Assembly (NCBI GenBank): GCA_030141605.1
Contig: JAQGDQ010000211.1
Location: 319,855-383,854 of the forward strand
Direction of reading: 5' to 3'
DNA: 64,000 bases
From: Tubiluchus corallicola
Taxonomy: Eukaryota > Animalia > Priapulida
Position 1 is the stretch's first letter, and each line of letters opens with the position of its first letter. The position numbers were made by a program, and so were the translations under genes. The notes beneath the pieces are model-generated. The model worked only from the letters and a program-made list of their open reading frames with translations. It had not been told where the DNA came from and ran no database searches. This document shows positions 25,101-38,281 of this stretch, piece after piece.

Positions 25101-28100
25101 ACGCGAGTGAGAATGAGTGCAGAAAATGTGCCACTCAGTGGTGCACACGAGTGAGAATGAGTGTAGAAAATGTGCCACTCAGTGGTGCACACAAGTGAGA
25201 ATGAGTGTAGAAAATGTGACACTCAGTGGTGCACACGAGTGAGAGTAAATGTAAAAAATGTGACACTCAGTTGTGCACACGAGTGAGAGTAAATGTAAAA
25301 ACTGTGACACTCAGTTGTGCACACGAGTGAGAGTAATTGTAAAAACTGTGACACTGAGTTGTGCACATGAGTCAGAATAAATGTAAAAACTGTGACAATC
25401 AGTTGTGCAAGTAAATGTAAAAACTGTGACACTCAGTTGTGCACATGAGTGAGAATAAATGTAAAAAATGTGACACTCAGTTGTGCACAAGAATTATTCG
25501 ATTAACTCTTTAAGCTGACATTATAAAAGCAAGAAGTGTTTTAGCCGTTATGGGTAACGAAATGTGTTTCATGCGATGTATGTCAAAATAAGCCAATGTT
25601 TTGAAAATTGACCTATTTTCCTTTAATCATATGGCAGTCTAATTTTTTTTGCAGAGGCATTTACTCCACTTGTACTGGCGAACCAAAAACAGTTCAACTT
25701 CACCCACATTGCCGCGGGTGCTTCAGCTTTTGGAAAAGTAAGCATTTGATTCAATAAGTTAGCATATGCAGCTAGAGAAACGTCAAGCATTACCCAGATG
25801 GAAAAGCAGCTAGAAATGTTCTTGAATTATTTTTCTTGCTTTAATTGAAGTGTTGCCGTGTCACACTAATATATCCTTGAATTATTTTTCTTGAATTAAT
25901 TGATTTTTAACTTCAAAGTGTTGCCATGTCACACTAATACATCCTTGAATTAATTAATTTTTAACTTCAAAGTGTTGCCATGTCACACTAATATATCCTT
26001 GAATTAATTAATTTTTAACTTCAAAGTGTTGCCATGTTACACTAATATGTCCTTGAATTATTTTTCTTGAATTAATTGATTTTTAACTTCAAAGTGTTGC
26101 CATGTCACACTAATATATCCTTGAATTAATTAATTTTTAACTTCAATGTGTTGCCATGTCACACTAATATGTCCTTGAATTATTTTTCTTGAATTAATTG
26201 ATTTTTGACTTCAAAGTGTTGCCATGTCACACTAATATGTCCTTGAATTATTTTTCTTGAATTAATTGATTTTTGACTTCAAAGTGTTGCCATGTCACAC
26301 TAATATGTCCTTGAATTATTTTTCTTGAATTCCTTGATTTTTAACTTCAAAGTGTTGCCATGTCACACTAATATATACTTGAATTACTTTTCTTGAATTA
26401 ATTGATTTTTGACTTCAAAGTGTTGCCATGTACCACTTAATGACCCCGAATTATTCTTTTTTTGCATCAATTGAACTTTGATTTCAGAGTGTTCTGTGAC
26501 ATGTGAAACATGTCTAACAATGACTATGGCGATGACAAAAATAACAGTGACTATTAGTTTTCACATTTAATACGTGGTAATTGAAAGTTGCAGTTAACTG
26601 TGATGACTGATGTAGAATAATTATTTTTATTTAGAACATTTATAATTCAATCTCATTTACTCAAATGATAAGAAAAGTGGCATCAGAAGTAGGTTGCAGA
26701 AAAATTGCCGTAAAATTATATTACTTTACAGCTATTTTGCACATATATCGTTCATATATAAAAACAATAGGAATTTGTGTTTGTTTTCATTTTAAATCTC
26801 CCGCAATACTTTTCCAAAATCACCATTACATGACATTACTTACACACAGCATAAATCAGCGGAAGAAAAGGAAATGTTAAACTGTGTTCCAAAAAACTTT
26901 CCATGCAAATCTATATTACTTAGCATTTCGTTTATGTGCTGGAAAGACTTATGTAACTAAAAATAATAATTTAAAATGTTCCTGCCAATTGGTAAAATGT
27001 TGCTGGCTCATCCTCCAGGGTGAACCACTCACTAACTAAAAAACATATTTTTAATCTTGTTGACAAGATATTGTAATTCAACATTTTACTCAGTTGGCAA
27101 CATGTATGCTACGAATGCTTTGATTATTTTTTCAAACTTTACTCAATGTTATCTAAATTTGTTTCAAATGACCTACCATTAAAATGGCTGCACCCAACGG
27201 TCAATGCAGAGGTTTAAATTTACAACTTTTATACAGCATTACTGCCAACTCAAGCCCTGTATGCAAAAAAGCAGCATGTAACTGGTGGGTTTTCTTGTGC
27301 TTTAAAGTCAACCTTTTACATATACATGTGTTATACTTTGACACGGGATTGTACTTTACATACCGGGCTTTAACTGGAAATTGGTTGTACTCGTTTAAAT
27401 TAATTAACTAGGGATTGAACTTTGTTTTAGAGCCTTATACCACGAATAGCTGCCAAGTTAGACGTGTCGCCGTTGTCGGATATCACCGAAATACATTCTG
27501 AAGACACGTTTACGCGGACGATATACGCTGGTAAGTTTCGTACGTTTTTTCGGCAATGGCTGCATCGTGTTTCGTCTCTTTTCGATCTGTGATGCCGTAA
27601 TTACTTAGTGTAGACTAGGGATGCCCTGAATCCAGATTTGTCGGGTCCGGTTCCAGTTCCCGTTCTGGATCTACAAGTTAATGTAAATGTTATTTCATTT
27701 GATAGCGTTTTGTTCATGTGGTGATACCTCTGTACATTTTCAGGGTCACTGAGTAAGTTTCAGTGAAAACACCGCAAACATTGACGTACCGCAACTTGGT
27801 TCACGCTTGGTTTAAACTAAAAAAAATGCCAAATTATGCGTTTACTGGAAGTAGACGGCTCGTAATTAGCAGCAGACACTTTTGCAGCAATAGTGCTATC
27901 CTTCTCACTTCTTGTTGCACAGAACTACAGTGTGAAGATTGCCAGTATTGCTTGCCCTACAGGCATGGCAGCGTTAAAACAAAGCAATACTTTCATAAAT
28001 TTTTGAAAATTTTATAGTTTAGTTTATTTTTATTCCATTTGCCATGACAAAATAAAACATAAATATGGTGAAAATACAAAATATCAAATTAAAAGAAAGA

Positions 28101-31100
28101 AGCGCGTAAATAATAAAGTTGATGAATGGATTATTAGGGCTGTCCAAAATGAAAACTTATAAAGGTCAGGCCCGATATGGCAAACAGTAAGAAAAGCATA
28201 GGTGCAAGATAAAAAGGTGTTTAATGGGAAGAAAAGGAGTATAAACAGTGAAAGAATACGAAAAATGTAATATGTAGAGAAGAAAAATTATGAAAATAAA
28301 AAATTAGATTCACATGAGCTAAGAATGTAATGAATGTAAATAAATCAGCAAAACAAACACAACTGCGAATGGTGAGAGGAGTCAGATTATGCCCACCCAC
28401 CTGCAAAGTTTCTTTTACTTCTTCTTGTTATGGAGTATATATTTAATAGAAGTCATCCAAATCTTTTTAAAAAATTTAACACTATTCAGGTGATTAAATT
28501 GTTATACATTTTTTTACATTCATTAGCTTTACACATAGAAAAGTAGAAGTTATAGGTTAGCTATATACAGCTGTATGGGGTTTGAAGCCACTACTTGACT
28601 TTAGGGCTTCGTCAGACAAGATTGAATTCTGACTCGTTGTCTAGGACAATTCTCTATGATGAGATACTGCTCTGGTAAAGACATCTTTTTTCGACGACAT
28701 TTAGATTTGTGTGAAATTGCTGGATTTTGGGTGGTACAACTTGCGTTCTAGACTTATAGGCTTTATTTAGTATATTTATTTAGTTAAGGGGGTCTCATGC
28801 CGAACAGAACAAGAAACAACTAGCTGTAAGCTGCCTTATTGGCGTCCGGGGCTTATATTTTACTTGATTTTAGGCTTTTGGGGCCTTTAATGGTGGAAAA
28901 AGGTTAGTTTAGTAAGTGTTAATTCAAAAACGAATAACTTTTTAATCAATGAATTAAGTAGTTTTCATCCACTAGTTTTTGTAATTTACCCAGCGTACAT
29001 TGCAAATTCCGACGAACATTTTTGCCAGATCAAGATCCCATACAAGCCTAATATAGAGAGAATAGATTAGTCAAGTCTTATATCATGATTATTAATTATG
29101 GTGCATTGAATTCATAAGTGTTTTAAGCAGTTCTTAAACCTTGATTTAGCAAAAAGTGAAAAAGCTGATCTGAGCCTGGTTTTGAACCACAGACCTTTTG
29201 GTTGATAGACGTAACTTATTTTAGCTGTACGGAAAGAGCATTCAGTTAACGTTCAACTAATCAGTTAAGTGAACAACACTAGACATGCTTAATTTTGATT
29301 TATTTTCTGTTAAGAAATTCGAAATTTTTTGCATGCAAGATTGCTAAGAATTTTAAGTGTTTGACTCATAGAACCGCTGCAATTCACGTTCAGTTACAGT
29401 ACGTGTATTGCGCTTACATTGTGACTCCGAGTTAAACTGTTAAAACATAACAGCATTGTCTTTAAAAATGCGTGCGGCGTGGCTCGAAAGTTTGTGTTTC
29501 TGTTTTCAAGTCAACTGTCATTTATTTTGTACACGTGAGGCTAACCACACGAACATGCAGGAATGGTTTTTGAACTGCAGCAAAGTGACCAATTGATAAT
29601 TAATTAGCAGACTGTGCTGTTGAATGTAACAAAAAGTGTTAAAGGGCAAGAAAAGTGAATTATAAAGTGATTATAACCATGAATTAATCTCAATTTGCAT
29701 TATGCTTAGCTGTTCGAAAGACTTTTGAAACTAGAAAAAGAAAGTTATTAGTAATTTAAAATATTTACACCACCCGGCAAAACGTCATTGACTCGTCTTC
29801 CCAGTGTGCATCACTGATTCACCAACAAAAAACAAATTATTCTTCTTGACAATATAAAGTAATTTAAACTTCTGCTTAGTTAGTAAATGTGCTGCAAATG
29901 CTCTGACTATTTTTTCAAACTTTACACAATGTTATAAAATGACTTACTGTTAAAACGGTTGTGCCCAACGGTCACCACTGGAGTTTAAATTTACAAGCTT
30001 GATGTAGCGAATGGTTGTGCCCAACGGTCACCATGGGGGTTTAAATTTACAAGCTTGATGTCGCAAATGGTTGTGCCCAACGATCACCACGGGAGTTTAA
30101 ATTTACAAGCTTGATGTAGCGAATGGTTGTGCCCAACGGTCACCACGGGAGTTTAAATTTGCAAGCTTGATGTAGCAAATGGTTGTGCCCTACGGTCACC
30201 ACGGGAGTTTAAATTTACAAGCTTGATGTAGCGAATGGTTTCTGCCCAACGGTCACCACGGGAGTTTAAATTTACAAGCTTGATTTAGCGAATGGTTGTG
30301 CCCAACGGTCACCACGGGAGTTTAAATTTACAAGCTTAATGTAGCGAATGGTTGTGCCCAACGCTCACCACTGAAGTTTAAATTTACAAGTTTGATGTAG
30401 CGTTGCTGCTAACACAAGCTCTGTATGCAATAAGACAGCAAGTAACTGATACAAAATTTCAAGCCGATTTTTTTAGCGTCATGTAAGAAGCACAGGATTG
30501 TGTTTTACATGAATAACAGATTAATTCTTTCCAGGAAACGCTGTTACGAAAGTGAAATCGCTAGACCCTGTGAAAGTGTTTAGTGTCAGAGGCACGGCCT
30601 TTGAAGCAGCAGAAGCTTCAGACGGAAAAGCAACGACAGAAAATGGTACGTTAACCCTTTTTTTAAAGTTACTGCTATAAACATTTTTTCACGTTCTGCA
30701 AGCCGTAATCCAACATTTAACAATGGTGTTTAAAAAATGTTGCCGTTTACGCAAACTGTGGCGATACCAGTTCCTAGGTCATTACCAACAACGTCAAATT
30801 CTTATAATACCGGTGGATTTCCACTTTTAACGAGAAAAATAGCCGGGGGTATGTTTGACAAATGCTCAGAAGCAGCCATTTACTCCGTCCCTTTAATGTT
30901 CAAGCTTGGTATTGGTTACCTTCGTCAAACACACACCGTGGCTAGTATTGATACCGTAATAGTGCCGAATTGGTTGTTATCAAATTGCTGATGTTTAGTT
31001 AAACTCTTCTGATTCTTAGTGTTAGTGTCAGATGGTATACTAGTGCAGTCATGCTCGGTTAGTGACTCTCGGGCAGCTGCCTTGTAGCCGGAGTTGGTGC

Positions 31101-34100
31101 TAAACGTATCGCTCCACTTTCCTTTGGACTACACCAGGGAGGAAGAGAGGGGGTTCCTGTTGTCTGGGCAACTCAGGATCTCCATACACCTTGCCCAGGT
31201 GTGCACCCTGGAGACGTTCAAGGATCGCAGTGCTGAGCCACAGTCGACGCTGCAGCTCCATCAATGTGATTAATAACTGACTCTCTTGGCGCACACTCCA
31301 TTGTCTTCCGAGACAGAAGGATGCCAACAATGTTATAATTTACAATACTGATGAAATGTACTTTGTCTGTTACTTTAGCTGCTGGTACTGATGTGAACAA
31401 TGACTTATCAAAGTGGGAAAGTGCGGAACTAAGTAAAAGTGATCGACCAGAGTTAACATCCGCCAAGGTAGGTGACAAAGTGCAGATTAACAAGAAATCA
31501 TACCTGTGCCTATCTGATAGCTGATAACATAAATGTGTGCTTGCAAGTCAAAACCGTCCGTAAGTTGGCATAGTTAAAACTACGTTACGATGCTTCAAAG
31601 TAGAATGCACAAAATTTTGGTCTAACGTTAATTTTTTGTTTTTTATAAAAACACGTTAAATATGTCGGACTTTTATATTCTACCATCAAATTATCAAGAA
31701 AATGTCCAGAAAATACTAAAAATTTAATTTTATGACCCCGTGCCTATTTCTCTGGCTAAAAACTAGTACAGCAAATGCAAAAAACTTCGATACTAGCTCG
31801 TGGAAGCAGTCATTTTGCTTCTGCTTTTTCTGTTGACAAGCCCAAAACTTCGCCAGGAAGAGCCATCTACTGGATTTAAACATAACTTCAACGTGCTCTT
31901 ATAAAGTGCATAGCAACCATACTTTCGTACGGTTGCCAAGTTTTTTGTAGAGACTCGACAAAAACAATGGCTAATCTTAACAGTCATTTTCTCAAGATTA
32001 CGTTATTCAATGTGCAGCCTGCACCTCAACTTCAACGTGGATTATCTCAGCTTAGAAATACCAAAGAGCGATGAACTTGGTATCAAAATGATCCTCATGA
32101 AATGGAGATTCGGGACATGTGAATAACTAGAAAAGCTTAATTGCCGACTTATCGATGGTTTTGCTATGCAAGCACACAAACATTGCTGAACATTGTCTTA
32201 AATATTGTTGGAAATTTTCTTAAATATTGTTGGACATTGTCTTAAATATTGTTGGACATTGTCTTAAATATTGTTGGACATTGTCTTGAATATTGTTGGA
32301 CATTGTCTTAAATGTTGTTGGACATTGTCTTAAATATTGTTGGACATTTTGTGGAATTTGATAACTTGCTGGCTATGTTGACGAGCGTGATGTGGTTAAA
32401 GCGAAACAACCTCTTTCTTTGCAGGCGGTCATTTCTGGTGGACGAGGAATGAAGAGTGGAGACAACTTTAAGTTGCTGTACGACTTGGCGGAAAAACTGA
32501 ACGCCGCCGTCGGCGCCTCTAGAGCCGCTGTCGATGCTGGCATGGTGCCAAATGACATGCAAGTTGGGCAGACGGGTAAAATAGTTGCACCGGTGAGTAT
32601 TCGTAATGAAACAGACAATTTCGAATTCAAATCGAGTTAAATCCAATCAGAAAGTTTTGAATCAAATTTAAAGGTTTTTTCTGCAACTTTTGAACAGCCC
32701 AGTGTTGTAAAATTTAGTCCAGGATTGCCATACATACTTCAGCTCATGTGCCTCGGTACACTAAATTCAGTCAACCTTGGATGTAAGGGACACCTCCAGT
32801 CTGGAAAAAATCGTCCCTTATATCCGATGCCTTTATAGCCGAAGTTGAGTCAGACCGAGGGTGCATCTAAACCTACAAGCTGAAGTTGAGTCAGACCGAG
32901 GGTGTATCTAAACCTGCGAGCTGAAGTTGAGTCAGACCGAGGGTGCATCTAAACCTGCGAGCTGAAGTTTAGTCAGACCGAGGGTGCATCTAAACCTGCG
33001 AGCTGAAGTTGAGTCAGACCGAGGGTGCATCTAAACCTGCGAGCTGAAGTTGAGTCAGACCGAGGGTGCATCTAAACCTGCGAGCTGAAGTTGAGTCAGA
33101 CCGAGGGTGCATCTAAACCTGCGAGCTGAAGTTGAGTCAGACCGAGGGTGCATCTAAACCTGCGAGCTGAAGTTGAGTCAGACCGAGGGTGCATCTAAAC
33201 CTGCGAGCTGAAGTTGAGTCAGACCGAGGGTGCATCTAAACCTGCGAGCTGAAGTTGAGTCAGACCGAGGGTGCATCTAAACCTGCGAGCTGAAGTTGAG
33301 TCAGACCGAGGGTGCATCTAAACCTGCGAGCTGAAGTTGAGTCAGACCGAGGGTGCATCTAAACCTGCGAGCTGAAGTTGAGTCAGACCGAGGGTGCATC
33401 TAAACCTGCGAGCTGAAGTTGAGTCAGACAGAGGTGTTTGCGAGGGTGCATCTAAACCTGCGAGCTGAAGTTGAGTCAGACCGAGGGTGCATCTAAACCT
33501 GCGAGCTGAAGTTGAGTCAGACCGAGGGTGCATCTAAACCTGCGAGCTGAAGTTGAGTCAGACCGAGGGTGCATCTAAACCTGCGAGCTGAAGTTGAGTC
33601 AGACCGAGGGTGCATCTAAACCTGCGAGCTGAAGTTGAGTCAGACCGAGGGTGCATCTAAACCTGCGAGCTGAAGTTGAGTCAGACCGAGGGTGCATCTA
33701 AACCTGCGAGCTGAAGTTGAGTCAGACCGAGAGTGCATCTAAACCTGCGAGCTGAAGTTGAGTCAGACCGAGGGTGCATCTAAACCTGCGAGCTGAAGTT
33801 GAGTCAGACCGAGGGTGCATCTAAACCAGCGAGCTGAAGTTGAGTCAGACCGAGGGTGCATCTAGACCTGCGAGCTGAAGTTGAGTCAGACCGAGGGTGC
33901 ATCTAAACCAGCGAGCTGAAGTTGAGTCAGACCGAGGGTGCATCTAAACCTGCGAGCTGAAGTTGAGTCAGACCGAGGGTGCATCTAAACCTGCGAGCTG
34001 AAGTTGAGTCAGACCGAGGGTGCATCTAAACCTGCGAGCTGAAGTTGAGTCAGACCGAGGGTGCATCTAAACCTGCGAGCTGAAGTTGAGTCAGACCGAG

Positions 34101-36243
34101 GGTGCATCTAAACCTGCGAGCTGAAGTTGAGTCAGACCGAGGGTGCATCTAAACCTGCGAGCTGAAGTTGAGTCAGATCGAGGGTGTATCTAAACCTGCG
34201 AGGTCTATATACCTCTGGTAGCCCAATGCCCGATGAACCATTTGTCGCAATGTATTTAATGTACCGATTTAATGCAAACACATCCAGTCGTCTTGAACTG
34301 AACACAAAAGTCCAAGGGAATACAGTCGGGCCCGCATGGGGTCTCAGCATAGGCTTTTTAGGATGTAAAAAAATATTTGATCTTAGGGTCCCTTATATGC
34401 GAGGTAATTTACCTGGGTTTCTATTACACGGGACCTGAAGATATCGTCCCTTATAACCGAAAGTCCCTTATATCCGAGTATCTTATAATTTTTTTATAAG
34501 AAGATTTTTTATAAGGAAAAATTTTACGAAAAATCTGGACTGGTTTTGGTGGTCACTTATAGGCGAATGTCCCTTATATCCGACTACCTTATACCCGAGG
34601 TTGACTGTGGTTGAATTTTGTAGACTTAGTTAATTTGAATCTTTTAAATGCCACGGTTCTTGTCGATTTTCCCCGAATAAGCATATTTGTCTTGCACCAG
34701 GTGATAAAGTCTTTACTTTCAGTGTACAGAAGAAGCATTAATTAACTGGCAATTAACAATATGATTAATTACATTATGACTGTGAATGCTGGGCACAGGT
34801 GGCGCTGTTGGATTGTGTGCTATGAGGACGAAATCTCTTTTCCTGAATCTGAAAGGCCTGCTTTGTCATATTGAACTAATAGCTCAGGTAGCAGAGCATG
34901 GAAGTTTTAGTCCTAGGGTCTTGGGTTCAAGTCTCGATTGGTTCACAATTTTTCAGCGTTTTCTTTCTTCAGCTGATTACCCGCAAGGGTAATAGTTGTT
35001 GTGCAATAAACTGCAATGATTTATGAACATCCTGGCATTCACAGTCATTTAAGCTAATTAACGAAAAATCAATAATATTGACTCTTATTAACGAAAAATC
35101 AATAATATTGACTCTTATTAACGAAAAATCAATAATATTGACTCTTATTAGCGAAAAATCAATAATATTGACTCTTGTTAACGAGAAATCAATAATAATA
35201 TTGGCTCTTATTAACGAGAAATCAATAATATTGACTCTTATTAACGAAAAATCAATAATATCGACGTTTTCGTGCAGGAACTGTATATAGCTGTTGGTAT
35301 TTCCGGTGCAATTCAGCACTTGGCTGGTATGAAAGACAGTAAAACAATCGTTGCTATAAACAAGGACCCAGAGGCTCCCATATTCCAAGTCGCTGACTTT
35401 GGCCTAGTAGCTGACTTGTTCAAAGTGAGTGAGTCGATGATTCTTTTCGTTTTCAGTTTTAATTCGTTGAATGTTCGTAATCTCATCCGAACAGTATCTC
35501 TCTCGATTCAGTTGTATGAACGTAGGGTGCTTCAGTTTTTCAGAAATGATTGTCAAAGTTGCCGTTTATACGATAGTTATCATATATATGATAAATTAAG
35601 GCTTTGTACCAAACAAAAAAATGATTGTACGACAACTTATACACAAAACAAAAAACAAAAGTTGAAAAAAATTGTGCACCAAAAACATTTAAAACATTAC
35701 TGCTAACCAGCAGCGGCTCGTGTATAAGCACTGTGGAATTGCAGCGCCCCCTATTTTCACTAAATATTATCGATAACATTCAAGATAATGAGCCTTTTTT
35801 CTTTATACTTTTACATCCTTGTACAGAACCAGAGAATGTGGCAGAACTGTGCGCTTCACAGTCCCAGTGATGCGGTGTTTGGCTGTTGTGCACATGCAGT
35901 CAGGCACACATGTCTGAAATAAGAAGCTGCACGCTAAGTAGAGAAAGTATTGTCACTCACGCAGTGCCAACCTTATTGTGACAGTAGTGTTTCTTTTTGA
36001 CGCAGCATGTGGTTATGATCCATGTTGCATTATGCATGTTCCACACCGTGTTTTTGTCGCACACTGTGCGGTGTGTTCTACAAATAACTCACTAATCGCT
36101 AGGCAACCACGTACCATGTGAGACAACCTCTAGTCTGCACTGTGTGTGGTAGAGGTAGCCCTGTTTGTTCTGGAAATTTTTACGCTGTTTTCCATGATTT
36201 TCAGGTAATGCCGGAACTTACAGAGTTGATTGACAAGAAATGA
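22148..36243 (+). CDS. ETFA: Electron transfer flavoprotein subunit alpha, mitochondrial (multi-exon, ~333 aa)
   Basis: Exons with GT-AG boundaries and consistent phases: 22148-22180 (tentative), 22230-22379, 24594-24675, 25655-25737, 27431-27530, 30535-30645, 31379-31467, 32425-32592, 35278-35424, 36205-36243. Motifs: [110 protein letters not shown] at 36540. Confidence 0.97.
25075..25490. repeat. 44-bp intronic minisatellite
   Basis: cactcagt(g/t)gtgcacacgagtgagaatgagtgtagaaaatgtg units, period 44. Confidence 0.9.
25830..26435. repeat. ~54/68-bp intronic minisatellite
   Basis: tcaaagtgttgccatgtcacactaatat...cttgaatta units in long and short variants. Confidence 0.9.
26667..27305. mobile_element. 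Family A MITE copy (reverse orientation) in ETFA intron
   Basis: Reverse-complement similarity to 732-1408. Ends ttttcttgtgctttaa. Confidence 0.75.
29639..30510. mobile_element. Family A MITE copy carrying an internal 56-bp tandem array (~29955-30400, ~8 units)
   Basis: Starts ttaaagggcaagaaaa. The unit atggttgtgcccaacggtcaccacgggagtttaaatttacaagcttgatgtagcga corresponds to a single-copy segment of the other family A copies. Confidence 0.75.
31534..32178. mobile_element. MITE family B with ~38-bp imperfect TIR (TGTGTGCTTGCA...TGCAAGCACACA)
   Basis: Inverted termini visible directly. Further copies at 55771-56369 (same orientation) and 36813-~37450 (reverse). Confidence 0.85.
32190..32348. 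repeat. 22-bp minisatellite AAATATTGTTGGACATTGTCTT
   Basis: Direct periodicity. Confidence 0.9.
32768..34607. mobile_element. Tc1/mariner-like MITE (family E) inflated by an internal 41-bp satellite
   Basis: TIR CAGTCAACCT...AGGTTGACTG with cccttatatccga subterminal motifs. A sister copy at 55007-55483 is flanked by TA on both sides. Confidence 0.8.
32840..34202. repeat. 41-bp satellite GCTGAAGTTGAGTCAGACCGAGGGTGCATCTAAACCTGCGA, ~33 near-identical units
   Basis: Direct periodicity. One unit at ~33428 carries a short insertion. Confidence 0.95.
34873..34945 (+). tRNA. tRNA-Lys(UUU)-like sequence, probably a pseudogene or tRNA-derived SINE head
   Basis: 73 nt. Acceptor stem GAACTAA/TTGGTTC, D-arm GCTC..GAGC, anticodon loop GTTTTAG, T-loop TTCAAGT. 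The anticodon stem has a mismatch. TTTTT follows at 34949. Confidence 0.45.
35055..35262. repeat. 30-bp minisatellite abutting an ETFA splice acceptor
   Basis: ttaacgaaaaatcaataatattgactctta x7, ending ~15 nt before the exon at 35278. Confidence 0.9.
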
Positions 36244-36812
36244 TGACACGGAACTGATAGAAAAACAATCTTATGGCTCTCCTACCGTGACTGATGGCTT
36301 CGTTTTGAACATCATGACATATTTCTAAAACTTGGCTTCTCAGTTGACAATCGTGTTTACAGTAGCGGTGTTGTTTTAGCAAATTCCAATGTGATAAGAA
36401 ATTACGAGTAAATCATGGGATGATAATGAGATGATGCAGACATTTTCCAAGTTCATGGCCTGTAATACGTTTAGCTTAATCGGCAGTAATTCTCAAAACT
36501 TGATAATTTTGCATGATTTACAGGATGGGGAATATTTTAAATAAACTTGTTAAGTTGTATCAGTTTGTTTCTTTTTTCTGTAACAATTTTTGTTGTTTTT
36601 ATAGCTACTAATATGACAAAGACAATACGTTTCTTCTTTACAGCTTGCAAAGTTTGTTGAGGTGATGTCGCTCATTGAAAAGTATCAGTTGCTTTGGGTA
36701 TGGTACCCTGAATGTTGTAGATAATCAGGGACTGATAATAGCATGTTGTAGTTTAAACAGGACTTAATTTTAAACTATAAGAATCTAATGTATAAAATAC
36801 TGAAAGAGAACA

Positions 36813-37450
36813 TGTGTGCTTGTATAGCAAAATCATCCATAAGTCGGCAATTAACGTTTTCTAGTTATTCACATATCCTGAATCTCCATTTCATGAGGAT
36901 CATTTTGATACCAAGTTCATCACTCTATGTTATTTCTAAGCTGAGGTAATCCACGTTGAAGTTGAGGTGCAGGCTGCACACTGAAAAACATAATCTTGAG
37001 AAAATCGCTGTTAAAGTCAGCCGTTGTTTTTTGTTGCATCTCTACAAAACACTTGGGAACCGTACGAAAGTGTGGTTGCTATGGACTATGGACTTTACAA
37101 GAGCACATGGAAGTTACGTTTAAATCCTGTAGATGGCTCTTCCAGACAAATATCTGGGCTTATCAACAGAAAAGAACTCAAAAAAATGACTGCTTCCAAC
37201 AGTTGCTATCCGAGCTTGAAAATACAAACTTTTTTACAATTGCAGTACTAGTTTCTAGCTATAAAAGTGGTTAAAGGGTTAGAAAATTAGACTTTTGTAT
37301 TTTTTAACATTTTCTGAATAATTTGATGCTATATAAAAGACCAATATCCTTAGCATTTGTTTTTATAACAAGAAATTGACATTTGACCAAACTTTTGGTG
37401 CATTCTACTTTGAAGCATCATGATGTAAGCATACATTTCTTTAAGACTGA
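36813..37450. mobile_element. MITE family B copy (reverse)
   Basis: Reverse-complement similarity to 31534-32178. Confidence 0.75.
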
Positions 37451-38281
37451 CGTAAGAGAGAATTATTACCACGGAAGTTTGATTTCACGTTCAAGCCCTG
37501 CTACGAGCAATTTGCTATTCTCTAGATATAGTCTAACAGCACCTGCATCTCGATACCACGTCGCACAAGAAATAGGTGCTGTACCTGTCAGTTCGTTTCT
37601 GACGTAGCACACATTTGTGATGAAATCACATGACAGGACTAAACTTAAAATTTTAATTTTTAAATGTAAATTTGCCGAGTCTTTGTATATCAGAGTCAAC
37701 GTTGTACACTAGCACCATATTTAAATTTCTGCTTTTACAAACGTGCAAAATGCTTGTGGAATGTTTGTCGTCAAAATGTATATTCTGACGTCATCACTAG
37801 CTGGGCTTCCTGGCCATTAGTTAAGTTTTTAACTTTTTATGTAATAATCGGAAACAGTTTGGCATTATTAAAGGTGTTCACATGTATACTTTATACTTTC
37901 ACTGCATTTAATTATAAAACAGGTTGTGAAACATTATCCTGTTTTCCTTTAAAAAACGCATAAGAAACATTATAGGTCGTAGAAAAATAGCAGTTTATTC
38001 AGTCACAGGTATTCTCATGAAAAATAAGCGAAACATCACAAGTTTTTTGAAACAAACGGCGTCAGAAGTAAGAAAGTAGTAAACAAATTCACCAACCTAA
38101 GTATCTTTTACCAACATCACGTAAATAACAGTGGCTGATCCAGATAGAGCATGCACTTAATGAACTTGTACAAAAGTATTTATCACATATAACTTCAAGT
38201 CATGGAACACAGATTAGCTTATTTACAAAAACAGTCGTACCTCTTTATGCTGCCTACTTTGAGACTGCAACAAAAACATCG

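Noticed and set aside
31020-31330. GC-richer intronic segment, possibly a non-LTR element C-terminus ([16 protein letters not shown], minus)
   Set aside because: Resemblance too weak to classify without a database search.
32840-34202. CRISPR-like appearance of the 41-bp array (also 4069-5055 and 59080-59742)
   Set aside because: Units are head-to-tail without unique spacers, there are no cas genes, and the context is eukaryotic.
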